NCBI RefSeq assembly: GCF_008831285.2
Contig: NC_045138.2
Span: forward strand, 19,096,001-19,160,000
Direction: 5' to 3'
DNA from: Nymphaea colorata
Taxonomy: Eukaryota
Length of the DNA stretch: 64,000 bases
This document shows, one piece after another, positions 31,792 through 45,100 of this stretch. Numbering within the stretch: the first letter of the stretch is position 1; each line of letters opens with the position of its first letter. The notes under the pieces are model-generated. The model did not search any database and had not been told where the DNA came from. It saw nothing but the letters and a program-made list of their open reading frames with translations. A program made the position numbers and the translations under genes.

Positions 31792-33146
31792 GCCGTTTCG
31801 ACTCAGTGCCAAGTCTTTGGAGTTTCCTTTTGGTCTGTTTGTTTTGGGGGGAAGCTGTTGTAAGTCGGGTTAACTATGGGTTAGGTATGATGTATAGGTC
31901 GATCTATGTATAATATGGGCTGGCTATGGTAGGGTATGGAGTTTTGGTGGCACTATGTAATCTTCCTATGATAGCGTAATGAAAGGTTTTATCCCTTTGG
32001 TGATGTTCTCGTTCTGTTCTTGGGACATGCTGTAATGTTTTTGTGATGAATGATTTGGCTTAGTAATCAGTTCACTTCGAATACAAAAACGCGATATCTC
32101 CGCGTGATGAGAGCGAGGGAGCAACTGCATCTCTCCCTTTCTCTCGCGTCCTCGTTCGTTATTGATTTGGTTGTTTTTTTCCGAGTCAAGCATCTTACGT
32201 TTGAAACTTGTTCTACTCGTGCTTTCATACCTCAACGATTTTCGTGTCTTCTTTAAGTTTTTTCACGAGATCGTTAGTATCTTTTACATGGTAAAAATCG
32301 TTTTGAAAAACAATTCGCCTTTTTCCAGTACAGGGGATTGGTGGATGCATGGCAGTTTCTGGGTTCCGCCGGAACGACCCCGGGTGAAAGGAGTCTGTAA
32401 TTTCGATCATGTCTTCGATTGGAGGGGCTTAGGAAAGACTTGCCATGCTTTCTGGCAGGAATCGGCTTAGCTTTGGAAGACTTGCCAGATCAGATCGATA
32501 TTTTTTTGGGGTGAGTTGGACAATCCTTGGATAAGAGGCCCAAGGCTTCCCTCCTTGCCCGGAGGCTCCACTTCCTTCTTCTTGCATTTGAGGTCCATGG
32601 TTACGTTGATCCAGAGCTTACCCTTGCTTTTGGAATTCAGATCTTGCTTTTGGTATTCATAGTTACATTGAGATTTTAACGAACTTACGGTTCCTCCTTT
32701 TCAGTTCATCCTTTGTCAACTGAAAACGAACGATACTCCTTTTCAGTTCCTCCTTTTCAACTGAAAACGAACGATACTTTTAGTGCGTTTTTTTTTTACA
32801 GTATAGAGAAGTGCTTTGCCACTTGTTTACCACTTTTTTACAGCCTAGGGAAAAGCTTGCTACCTTGTTACAGTCCAGACCCTAGAGAAGTATAATGATA
32901 CTTGAGAAGCTTTTTGCCTATTGATACTTGAAACAGCAAAATGAGCTCGCGAAAGTGGAGCGTGCTGATCAAATATACAAAAGATACATGCGCTGGGGAA
33001 AAAATAAAAGGAAAACGAAAAGAATACAAAATACAACAAGACTCAATTTGATACTGTGGGTGTGGATGATCCTCTCACGCCAAGTAGGGCTATGTTTTTC
33101 TATCCGCTGATTGGGAGATCAACCGGAACGTAAATGATCTGATGCT

Positions 33147-36100
33147 CTAATCTACGACGCTCCCTTTCTGCAAGCCCAATTCGATAGCGATGAGTCGTAG
33201 CAACACCTGAACCAGTTCCCTCACTCGTGCTTCCCTGCAGGATTTCCAAGAACAGGACTTCAAAATTGTGAGGTAGGAAAGAACAGTAAAAATTTCAGTA
33301 TGACCCAGAGAGAGGGTATAGGGTTTTAGTGGATTGCAACAAGGAAGTTACCCTTTTGCATCTCAGACAGCATTGCTGCAGTATTTCAAGGTGAAGGAAA
33401 AATTTTGCCTACGTCTAATTTCTCATCACTCGGTTGCAGAAAATATTAATTAAAGAGGTATGAAGCTTTCCTAGCATCAACGATTGACACTTTATTTCTA
33501 ACACAGGAGGTTAGAGGTGCTTCTGTGGTTTGTGAGTTTCACAGATGCGTTTCCAAAAGAACTACTTAGATTGCCACCTAATCACGGAATTGAGTTCGCT
33601 ATTAACTTTATTCCAGGGACTCAACTATCCCAATACAACGGCTTTAGTTGAATTGGAAGAATTGTCATGCCTGTGTTCCTTCTAACACATTAAAAGGAAC
33701 TGCCCTTTCCTTCAAGGAAGCAGAATGGAGAGAGAATGTAGATAACAGTGTGCAAAATCAACGGATGGTGGGAAATTTCTAGAAAGAACACCCACAACGG
33801 AAAGAAGCCTCCTCCTAGAAAGCAAGAAGAAAAAGTGCAAGATACTGAAATACATACCTGGTAATTACAATATCGCACAAGGACGGGAAGAGAATGGGAA
33901 GGTGGCTGCGACTGTAGGCAGCGTTGCGTTTGAGGAATGCTTCTTTTGCCGGTTGTTGTAAAGGAAGAAGAGCAGCTGTAGTAGGATGGAGAACGAGGTG
34001 GGCAAGCTCCTTGAGGACAAAAAGCGCTTCCTGGATTCTAACAGATGGAAGAGGCAACTCACCTGTCAAAAACAATTTGAGTCTTGGTGAAGCAAAACAC
34101 AGCTAGGAGCAAGAAGGTCCATAAAAAGGAAAACCGTAAGAAAGGCAGCAACTATCGTCTAGTGCCAATCCAATTCGTGCAGATTACTCTGGGATCTGTC
34201 TAGTGTACTTTGCGTTTAGACGTGCTGCCTCAGTTTTCGTTTAGACATGGCCTCAGGCAAAAGTCCAAAATAATCTAAACGAATCAAAGTGGACACCCAA
34301 ATTTAAAGAATGGAAACAATGCTTCATGACGATTGATATCACCTAGGCACAGCAAAGTGGCCTTTGGAGTGCAGTGGAGCATAACCTATGAAAGCTGGTC
34401 ACAAATTTTGTGGGTCTTTCAAAGAATGATGCCTATGCTTTGCTGTAATAAAGGTCCAAAAGATTCTCTCTTCAAATCGCAAGAGGCGAAGAGAAGCGAT
34501 GATACAAATCTTGCGGGTTCTTCAGAATTATGCCTATGTTTAGATGGAATAAGATCCTCATTTTCAAATTGTGAGAGGTAGAGAGGAACAATGTCATACC
34601 CAAGTCATTTTCATCGATCAAAAACCGTTCTAGGATAAATTCGCATCTTCCAATGATTATCATTGCAGCAACTTTACTGACTTCAAATCTTGAAGAAGAC
34701 CACTCGTCACCTTGTTCATAGCTGCCACCAGAAAAAGGAAAAGAAGAAAATGAAACAAAGTCAAATTAACAAAGTTGATCAAATAACATGGAGTTATAGC
34801 CTATGTCACATGGGTGCGAGGTGCAGTGCGGGGGTGCACCGAGGGTGTACACACACACACACACACATATATAGTTAATTAACTATTTCATAGCCTTAGT
34901 TAACTATATTTACATTTTATTCATTGTAAAAATTTATACTAAGGCTAGTTTAGCCAGGTGTGCATCTAAAATGGTAAGTTTTGGTCTAGTTCTATTGACC
35001 GCAGCAGATGTGTTGTGTTGCACCAAATCCATGCTGAATTGATGTGCATGCGACAGCTATTTAGGAGCAACCATGTCACGTAAGTTATAGCCCAGGTGAT
35101 GTGTTCAGATAGAACTTGGGATCTGCCCAAGGTTCACTCAAGAAGAGTATATTTCAAGTTTATCCAACAAGTGTTTGTGATTTTTTACTACTAGATCTAG
35201 TGGGACCTACATTCATCCCTCATATCAATCCATGGACTTCGGGAAGAAGGAAATTTGAGACTTGAGAGATGATAGTGATTAACAAGCACATCTCTAGTGA
35301 CTGGACCATTTTGACAGTCCCTTAGCTTAACAAAACTGAAAGCATATCTTGCCATGAACTTCTCAAATTTCTTTCTTTTTTTTTCCTCACTCAGTCAAAA
35401 TGATGAAAGAATTTTCCGTCGTGTTGTACTAAGTACTCTTAGGTCCAGTGGACCCAAAACTAACACTCTAGCTTCAAAGTTCCTGCATCCGACCTAATAT
35501 CTGCGAAAAGCCCATCAAAGTATCAAATCATCAATTAACATAAACAAGCATCACCCTACATAAATGTTCTTTTTACCATACATTCTTTATGTTACTATAC
35601 GTAAAACAAAAGATAATTTGTGGCTATGAAAATTTGTATGGGTTTGCTTGGATGGGAATGCCAACTAAAGCTGTTAGGTTACACAACAAAACAAAGACCA
35701 GACGGGCAGAGTTTTTAGTTATTCTTGTACAAGGATTTTCTGGTACAACAAGAGTCAAAGGAGCTTGTGCTCTGGCATGCAAGAAAAGTAAAAACAAATG
35801 CTAGCAGGCTTCACTTTTGCAAATTCAAACATTTTACCTGCATGCTGAGAAAATCTTTTGCAAGCAAGCTAATGAAAATCTGCTGCAATGCAACGGCAAG
35901 AGTCCTACACTTTCAAGAGGCAGAGAAGCAGTCCGGGATGCACAACGGTCCAGTGTTGAAACTAGTCGCTGTAATATCTGCGAACAATATTACTTGAATA
36001 ATTTAAATGGAAAAATTTGGCCAAAAAAATTATAAATACTAAAAAAAAAAACTATTAGGTAACGCGCCAACCTCGGGTGGAGCATCAACATTTGACTTGA

Positions 36101-39100
36101 GAATCTTATCACTCAAAACATCTAAAACAGCCATTTCAAGTTTCTCATCTGCAATAAGGGCTGTAGACGAACAAACTCCAGATGGAAATGCCCGTCCACA
36201 TGACCCCACGAGAAACAATTCATAGACATCTGCAACCTCTTTCCAGAACCGTGTCCTGGTAGGCCTGCTTATTTCTGGATCTGACTTTTGGTCGTCTTGC
36301 AATGTATCAACATCATCTGTAATTACACGGTTCATTCCTTCAACAGCTTGTCTCCAAATCGTGCCATCTGGATGATCCCTTCTTGTGATCATACACCTTC
36401 ATCACATAAGAAAGAGAATTACTTAACTGGAATGATGAACTTCAAAAACTTCAGCCTATCCCTAAAAACTCAGTGAACGTCGGCAGTAGGATCATAGAAT
36501 CTTGCCACCACGTTCAAGAATTAAACTGATTACCTGATAACATGGATCCAAGTAGGTCAAAGCAAATGCAAATGTGCTAGCAGGAGGCTCTCTATCTTCC
36601 CTATCTATAAACAATTGCTGCACTAGTGCAATATTTAATGTCAGCAGTCAGCACAGAAACATGTTCTTTGGGGGCATCAGGCTGACACCTAAATCCAGGT
36701 TAAAAACCAAGGGTTGCTCGCTAGAAATAGCTGGACTCATATCATTCTGGTTGGACAACACCAGTCTGGCCACTTTAAGGCCAGCTATCAGCTGGAAATT
36801 ACCAAAAACTGTCATTTTTTTTTTCATTTTGTCATTTCCTAGACATATACTGGAAAATCAGTGATCAATGTCGCGTAATATGGGCAACCTTAGACACACT
36901 ACTTTCAGCCAGTGGTAGCCAGTAGATGGTTATCATATTCTTTTAAACAAAAGTTCTTTCCACCGAATATAGTTTGGGCATCCAAACAACACTAAAACCA
37001 GGCATTTGGCAAACCTGATCTGTCAAAAACCTGGTTTTTTCAAACCAGGTTTTGCCCCATTAGCCAAATCGGCCCAAGGTGGTTTGCGTGCAAAAGATGT
37101 GTTTTGAATCCTGAAGCCAAAACTTTGTAAGAAAACTAGAGGTTAAGACCAGAGATGTTATCATAGACAAACACACATACAGCACGTTTCCCCTTCAACA
37201 ATTTCTGGGCGATCTTCTCTTAATACCTTGCATTCCATCAAGGGATGATCTAAAACAACTTGCAAATCCAAGGTGCCTAATTCTTCTATTTGCAGTAGCT
37301 CCATTATATTTTTCTTGATTCATAAACCCACTGAAGCCCATAATAATAAAAATGTAGGAGCTTGTATTTTAGATTATATTCAAAGATTCAAAGGTTTTAA
37401 CGAGTCCCAGTTTGGAGCAAGATCTGTATATTTTGGGAATTTAATATACCTGATATTGTTTAGTAGTACAGGCTGGAATAGGCTTCTCTCCTGATGAACA
37501 CTATCCTGAAGGGATGGCCTTAATCAAGGGTAACTGTTTAGCAGGAGGGAACAGCTGTTCCACATGCCGCACGGACATTCATACAAGTTTGGATATACAT
37601 ATAACATATACATAATACATACATAAACACAAATATATATGTTGACACTTCACAGTTACAGAAATGTCCATACAGAATAGGCTCGTCTCGTTAGTGGTGA
37701 CTCGGCAGTTAAGCAGGCCAGGACAAAAACCACTATACAAGTTCTGGGGCTGCTATGTAGAAATGTTTTCTTTCTTGCTCCAACATCACCTGTAACCAAA
37801 CTCCGATGTCTATAGATGTATTGAACACATATAAGGGATCATATAGGCATCCTGCACATCATGACAAGATCCCCATGACCAAGCAGCTATTTCTGGAAAT
37901 TTGGAATCTTGCTTTTATTCATCTCAAAGACAATACCGAGCCTCCAAGAATCTGTCTCAAACCGTTCCATGTGCTTCCCAATGGGTACAGCTCTCCCTTA
38001 GCTCATGTAGCCACATAAGGAAACACTAGGAAAAGTCTCAACTTGCAGGAGAAGGTTGATATAGAAATGGAAAACCACATTATTGAAAAAAAGACATTTG
38101 GGAGTTACAAAGTTTGTCTTCTAAAAAGATGAAGCAAAGGAAGAAAAATGCTGCCAAAGTGAGCAAGTTCAACAATACACAAAATAACACTTTTTACCCT
38201 ATAATTGATTAGATATACAGTCTTTTTCCACTCTTTCTTCAAACAGGCATGAACATGTTTGTACATGACAGACATATATATACAAAGGCAAGGACAAATA
38301 CGTAGAACAATTTTAGATTAACTGTAGACTAAACCCCATCCTTGTCTGGGAAGCTATAATGTTGTGCACAAGCAAAAACACTGGGCAGAATCCGCAGATA
38401 TTTATGCATATACAGAAGCTCCAGACCTCGAATACAGTACAGATAATAAATATCAATGCCTATGTACAACATGAGGAATCTTAGTAGTTGAGAAACAAAG
38501 AAAGCTTGAATAAACATATAATTCCATGTTTTTATTATCATATCATATTGCATCAGCCTGTTGCTGAAGCGATACTGGCTGCTGATATGAACTTTGAAAA
38601 AAATCTACTTATATTCTTTAATTATTTTAAATTCAATTCAATAAGTCTTAGAGAAAAATAGAGAATTGGCCAACGTGGGCTCCTGCATACCAGCCTACCA
38701 GGTGTTACAGCCTCAGTCGCTGTATCAGTCAGCAGGCCTATACAAGGCAGGTTCTAATGCTGTCGTACATTGATACAAATTGTAAATCCAATATATACAA
38801 GTCAAATAATGAAGCAGAATTTAAGAGTTTTATGCAAGCACACAAAAAACTATTACCTTCCAAGACCTTGAATAATTTCTGGTAAAATATGCAATTTTTC
38901 TGCTTTTGGAGCATGAAGGAAAAGACCCACAAGAACAGGAAGAAGCTTCTCTGCAAATTTACTTGAAATGCTCAACGTTGTAAGCTTGCCAGTGAATGAT
39001 CCATAATGTGGAGACTGAACTTCTGATTTAGATTGCAGAGCAATACAACCACCACTAGAATTTTCATGCTTTGGGGATGTTAATTTTCCATCAGGCAGAT

Positions 39101-42100
39101 TTCTAGGATCATCTGGAATATTAGTTCCTGAAGAGGAGCTATGCTTGCTATAGTCTTCAGTTTCATGCTTGGGATTTTCTTTCTGCACATTACAATCATC
39201 CACCTCCAGTGGCGGGGGCTTGAATCCTGGAAGATAACAGAATAACTGCTGGAAAAGAAGCGACCACATTGTAGACAGATGTGGCCCAGGTTTCAACAAG
39301 GGAAGCATTTCTAATATAGTTCGTTGAATTGGACTGATATCCTGGAGGAAATTGTGTAATCATCAATAAGTAACTTTCTTAGAGTTGATAAACAGAACCT
39401 GAAGGACACGTCATTTAGGCTTAGGAAACCATGTTATAGCCGACAATTAAATCCCAGTGTTCATGGACCTTCCCTACCAAGACTAAATGAAATGACAACT
39501 AAATTTTCATGCTTACAGGATCTGCTTCCTCATCAACCCTGGCACTTTTTGAATATTTAACAGCAAGATGCAGAATCCCCAGCAATCTTGAGTACATAGC
39601 ATCATCAAACATCAAATTTGCTTGATCATAAAAATCACCTGCCATGATTCAAAAGCATTTTCTTGTGAAATGAAACAGACTTATGAAACTAAATTGAAGT
39701 TCATGATATCTAGGGCGAGTATATTACCAAGGCTATGCAATATCTCCTGTTTCACCTTGATGACAACTGCATCTCTGGAGTTCGGTGAATGTTGCAGAAT
39801 GAGTTCATAAACATCAAATATAGATTTCATGTAAGCCTCTGGCAGACTTCCCTGATATGGTAAGCATAATTAAAAGCTTCTCGTTTCTAATTAAAAAATG
39901 CTAAAACAAATGTAAGAGAGGGATTTGATTGATCATCGATGCAGCATAACCCAGCCCTGTGACTGTGATCTTTAAAGAAGTTATAGATGGACGAAATTTT
40001 CAAATTCACTGACCAAAATTTGAACAGATAAAAAAGGGAATTGTTTAAATTTCTTGTACTCAAAATATGCAGAGAAAGCCAGTAAGAAAAATCCAAAGTT
40101 ACCTTTGAGCCATGACAGAGAGCAGTTGTTTGCAAGCAATTTATAGCAGCAACAGCAACCTCCTTACTACCATTTGAAATGCAGTTTCTAACAAAAAGAA
40201 GCACAGACTCCCAACCTGAAAAGATGCAAAAAAATCCAGAAACACAGAATATATTAGGAAAATAAAGATTGACCAGCTCAATAAGCTAAAATAATCCTCA
40301 TACAGTTCAGAGAAGTTCGGGACTCACCATTCCAGAAGTTGTTCAGCGTCAGAAGGAATGGGAAGAATGAGCGAAGAATGCGAGTTATTCCACCTAATAC
40401 TAGGACAATTGTCTCATCCCATTGTTTCTGTGCGGTATTACGACTGCAAGATATTGCAAGAATAGTATCCAAGAAAAGGATTCTTAATCATCAAAAGAAG
40501 ATGGATGCAGATAACATTCTTGAAGGAATAGTAGAAACCATTACCTGTGATGTATAAGCATGTGAACAGCTTTCCCTCCTCTTGTTCCTAGTTCCTTTCC
40601 CTGCCACTCATCTCTAGAAGAGCTAGCTGCCTGCAGGGAAGAATGAAGTAGAGTTCACCCAGATGCTCAGTTGGATGACAGAATAAACTGAGTTGCGCAG
40701 CCTGGTTTTGAAGGAAAACTCAGGTTTGACAACAAAGAGAAGTTATTCGTGTGTATGGACATGCCAAACTAGGTTCTAGAAACTCGGTTTTCATCAAAAC
40801 TGAGTTCTATATGGTTGATTGGTGCTTATGAAAATGGTAGTCATCTTCAAAACTGTGTTAAACTTTGTTCAAACTTCAACCAGATCTTGGAATCAGAAAT
40901 TCTGCCCAATAATGTGGATCATCATAAGCCTGCACAAGATGGGTTCTCTTTATACTGGCAAGTGGGTTCATTCTTATGCAAACAACGATGGTTGCAAGAA
41001 GACACAAATCCACAATGGATTGGTGAATATGCATGCATGCAATTTCTGGAAGCATTGCCCCTTCTATGATCTGTCAGCATGCTCTAGCATTGTTTCATTC
41101 TATTTGCATATCTTTGCCTTGGTTTGTTTTCAGATGGCCTTAATTTTTCTTTTTCACACAGTTTTGTCATCCAAACAATAACCAAGTTATATAAAGAACC
41201 AAGTGAGACAGTGTCATCCAAACAACAAACACACTTGATTTTTATCTTATTCCAAACATCAATTATAAAGCCTAGCTTTTCAAGTAACCAAATTTTCACA
41301 AAATCTGATATTAACAGGTGTCATCCAAATGGCCCCTAAGCATTAGAAAAGCTGCTTTACCTACCAAACAGGCAACACTGTTTAAAATAGGGAAGACATA
41401 GTTCCAAAGGCAATCCTCCCACATGCTTCTCGACAGTTTTTGCCCATGACTGCTGAGGGTTTGGAAGAGGGTCCGAATTGCAGAGTTCCTCACCTGAAAT
41501 TCATGAGTGATCAGAAAAATGAATGCATGGAAAGCAACTTAAAAAGATTATTCAAGTACGCGTCAACAACACCCAGTAAGCATGCAATCAAAAGTGACTG
41601 TAACATGATCAAGATCCAACTAGATTATAAGACAGATAATCGTTTAAACTTAAAAAGGAACAACTGTGCAGCATTTAATTGAACAGATGATTTGGCCAAA
41701 TTTTGCAGTCAAACTCTGGCATCCTTGAACCCTTATTCAAATTATATAATTAGAAGATGTAACTAGAAAAAGGTCAGAATGCAGTCAAGACATTTTTTTT
41801 CACATGATAAACAATATCTCTGTGACCACCTCAAACAGTGGAAACTGGAAAGCCCTTAATGGGCACTAAATTTGCTTTTCATTTCCCTGAGCACTTAGAA
41901 TAATGTAATAAAGAAACCAAGGGAATTATTACCTCTGGCCTTTCATCTGTTCCTAGCTTTTGGAGTATTGAGAACACCAAAAACAGAAGTTTGTCACAAT
42001 GACCTTTATCCACCATCGGCAGAGATTGCTCATAAACATCACGAGTTCTAGTTATGGGATGCTCATCTTTCCCTTGAACATCAATTGCAAAATGTTCTGT

Positions 42101-45100
42101 GTGTGATTCTTCATCAATTTTATCCCCTATAAACAACATATACAACTACTCTTCAATAGAGAACTAGATCCACTAAAGAAATTGTTCTGATATAGCCAAG
42201 AACATGAAGAACTTATCGTGATGAAACAAAAGACAGGCATGAACCCGTTTCTTTACCTCCTAGTTGCAGGTGACTGAGTCCTTCCTTGGTACCCCATAAC
42301 ACCTTGGCGATGAAATCAGTTGCAGTCCAGAGAAGACCAATGGCTGTCAAACTGATATTTATCTCTGTCTTCTGTGCAACATATGCACCTGTAACTTCAA
42401 TACACCTGTAGAAATCAACTTCAAATTGTGAGATATAGACTGCACTTTGTCATTAAGAAGTACTGTGGGAGCCATCTGGTTATATAAGCTCAGGCACTCA
42501 CAAGTTGGCATGTCATAATACCGGGTAATATATATCTTCAAAAATGACACAGCAGCAAATGCACTATCCAATCCAAATTGACACATCCACTACATTATGA
42601 TTGGATGGAAAATAGTGGTTCTCATAGGAAATGTTACATGTGACTGGAACATCTAAACAAATGCACTCAATAATGTTCTAGAATTTTGGCATTCATTTCA
42701 CTCTTCTTTTTGAGGTCTACCAGTCCAGATGGATTCAACACGCCCGAGAACCTAAGAATAGTCATATAGTATGTATTTCCTGTCATATAGAGTGTAATTT
42801 TGAAATCTAAGGGTTTAGATATCTAAAAGTTTCTAAATGCTAATAATTCGCACATTAACAAATTAGATAGCAAATTACTAGATTCGCCGACATGTAGATA
42901 ACATCTATATAGTTACATTTGTAATCTCTAGGCTACCAAGAACATTATGGAATGCATGTTTCCAAACAATATGAAACTAAGAGCTCTCTTTCCCCCTCTC
43001 ACCACACAAAACATGGATCTGTTAGCAGTTAATTGGAGGTCTTTCTTGCTAATTCATTCCTTGATATGTTAAGACTTAAGAGTTCTCTTTAAAATTTCGG
43101 TTCTTTCACTTGCATAAATTATTGATATGGACTTCAAGGAAAAGAATCCACTAAGGAACAGATTAGAAGAAGGTAAAAGGTCTGGCTTTCTCCCTGGGGG
43201 GCCCACTTGTTTGATTAGGTGGGAAGGGATCCCTTTTTCTCTGTGCTGGGCCCCACATCCTGTTCATTGTCAGGGAAAAAAATGAGAAAAGTGACTTCTC
43301 ACTCCTCCACCTTAGACTTTTCTGACCAACTTATTGATGTTTTTTTTGTTCAGTGGTGCAAAAATTTTCAACTTTCCTTCCATCCAAGCATTTTCCCATC
43401 ACTTGCGCTGAAAAGAATGAGCCCTTACTCTTTTTACCGGTCCACCACACAGGCTATAGGAAAAAAAATGTCATACATTCAAATGGGATCAAATCAGTAA
43501 AAACTGGTTGATTGGCACAAACTTTTACAGCAGTGCCCTCAATTGATTCAGCATCTTATGAAAGTAAAAAGTTAGTTTCATGTGCCTAAGTTTGGTACAA
43601 GAAAAAAAAAAATTGTCACCGGTGGATTGACTGAACAGCTTGAAAGCTACTAGAGAACAGAATTGGTGAGTGATTAGCAGACATGGCATTCCACAGAAGG
43701 AAAGAAAGGAAAACAAGCAAAAAGTATCAAATAAGAGGCTAAATGTACAAAGAGAGATGCAAATAGATTGGCATATCCTTACATATGCAGGCAAGGTGGT
43801 GGAATTGTTGAAAGACCATCATTCATAATAACACGGACACACTGCAATGGAGACACAACCAAGGAAACTTAAGCCAACAAATAATTGAAGTACCGAAAAG
43901 GGATAAAAAAGTATTCATTCATTAATTTCCTTGATTGAAACAGTGATATGAATTATGAAGATGTTATCGGAGATGAGCTGTAGAAACTACAACACATAGG
44001 TAAAAAGAAATATCAAACTCAGACATACAAAACAATGATCAAATCTTCTGATTGGCTTTAATATCTTCCCCAGTTAAAAACAAGTTCATCTTTGTACCAC
44101 ATCTTGATTGTCTATTTTCCTGAACAGTGGAATGGTAAGAACAAGTGAAGTCTTTCAATTATTTTGAATTACAGAGTCCATGTTCACACAAGCAAGGAAC
44201 TCTTTAAGCATAACTAAAGTTTCTTTTACACTTCAGAAAAAATCCGAGTACCAGTTTCCTTCCCTCCTATTCATATGGCTCCTACAAGAACTTATCACTT
44301 CAAAACATAGACATTTTTAACATGATATTTTGCCACGAAGAAACCTTTTTAGTTATATTTTTCTAATATGAAAATTCATCAAGTTCATAAATCATCTTTA
44401 TGTGAATTTGAAGGTCTTCCACAAGCTATCCTAACCTTTATGTTACCAATCTATTGTTATTGAGACATATTGCAAGTTGTAGTGCTGCAATATAAACTAA
44501 ACTGTTCATGTCAAAGGACTTATTACGTGCATTAGATCTATAATAAAATGAAAAAATGCCTTTCACTTGTCAGGGAGGATATATACTTGGAAGCCCAGTG
44601 GAATAAGATCTTTTTCAGAAGAATCAACAATTGACCTGACAAAAAAGAAATAAATAGAGATTCATAAACCATGACAAAGAAAGTGATAAGATAAACAATC
44701 ATTTTGCAAAGGTAAGTGGAAAATAAGAACCATGAAACTGACCTCAGCATTTCAAGGATTCCTTGCCAACTGTGATGTAATTTCTCTCCATGTCTCTAGA
44801 AGTTAAATTATCACAGAAACATTTCAGTGTGGCTTTGCTTTATAAGAACTCATTACAAAAAGTCAAAAACTACTTCATATTAGCAAAGAAAATCTTGAAC
44901 ATGGAATTGCTTCACAATAATGCAGAATAAAACCAGAATTCAGTTGATCAATGGAAAAAATTTTACCTCTAAAACATGTAACAGAATTTTTGTTGCACCA
45001 ATGCGAACATCATGTATTTGGGTAGATGAATAAAGAACCTTCAATGGAGAAATGATAGCCCACTCGAATGATTCTGACTCTCTATCAGCAACCTCAATCT

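Noticed and set aside
32042..32112. Two box C-like RTGATGA motifs suggesting a C/D snoRNA
   Set aside because: No appropriately placed box D (CTGA) or terminal stem was found.
40660..41339. Tourist-like MITE end (TGTCATCCAAATGGCCCC-TAA) and similar fragments at ~7310, ~29541, ~30584, ~36990 and ~58800
   Set aside because: These are probably real decayed MITEs, but paired ends and TSDs could not be defined well enough to report boundaries.
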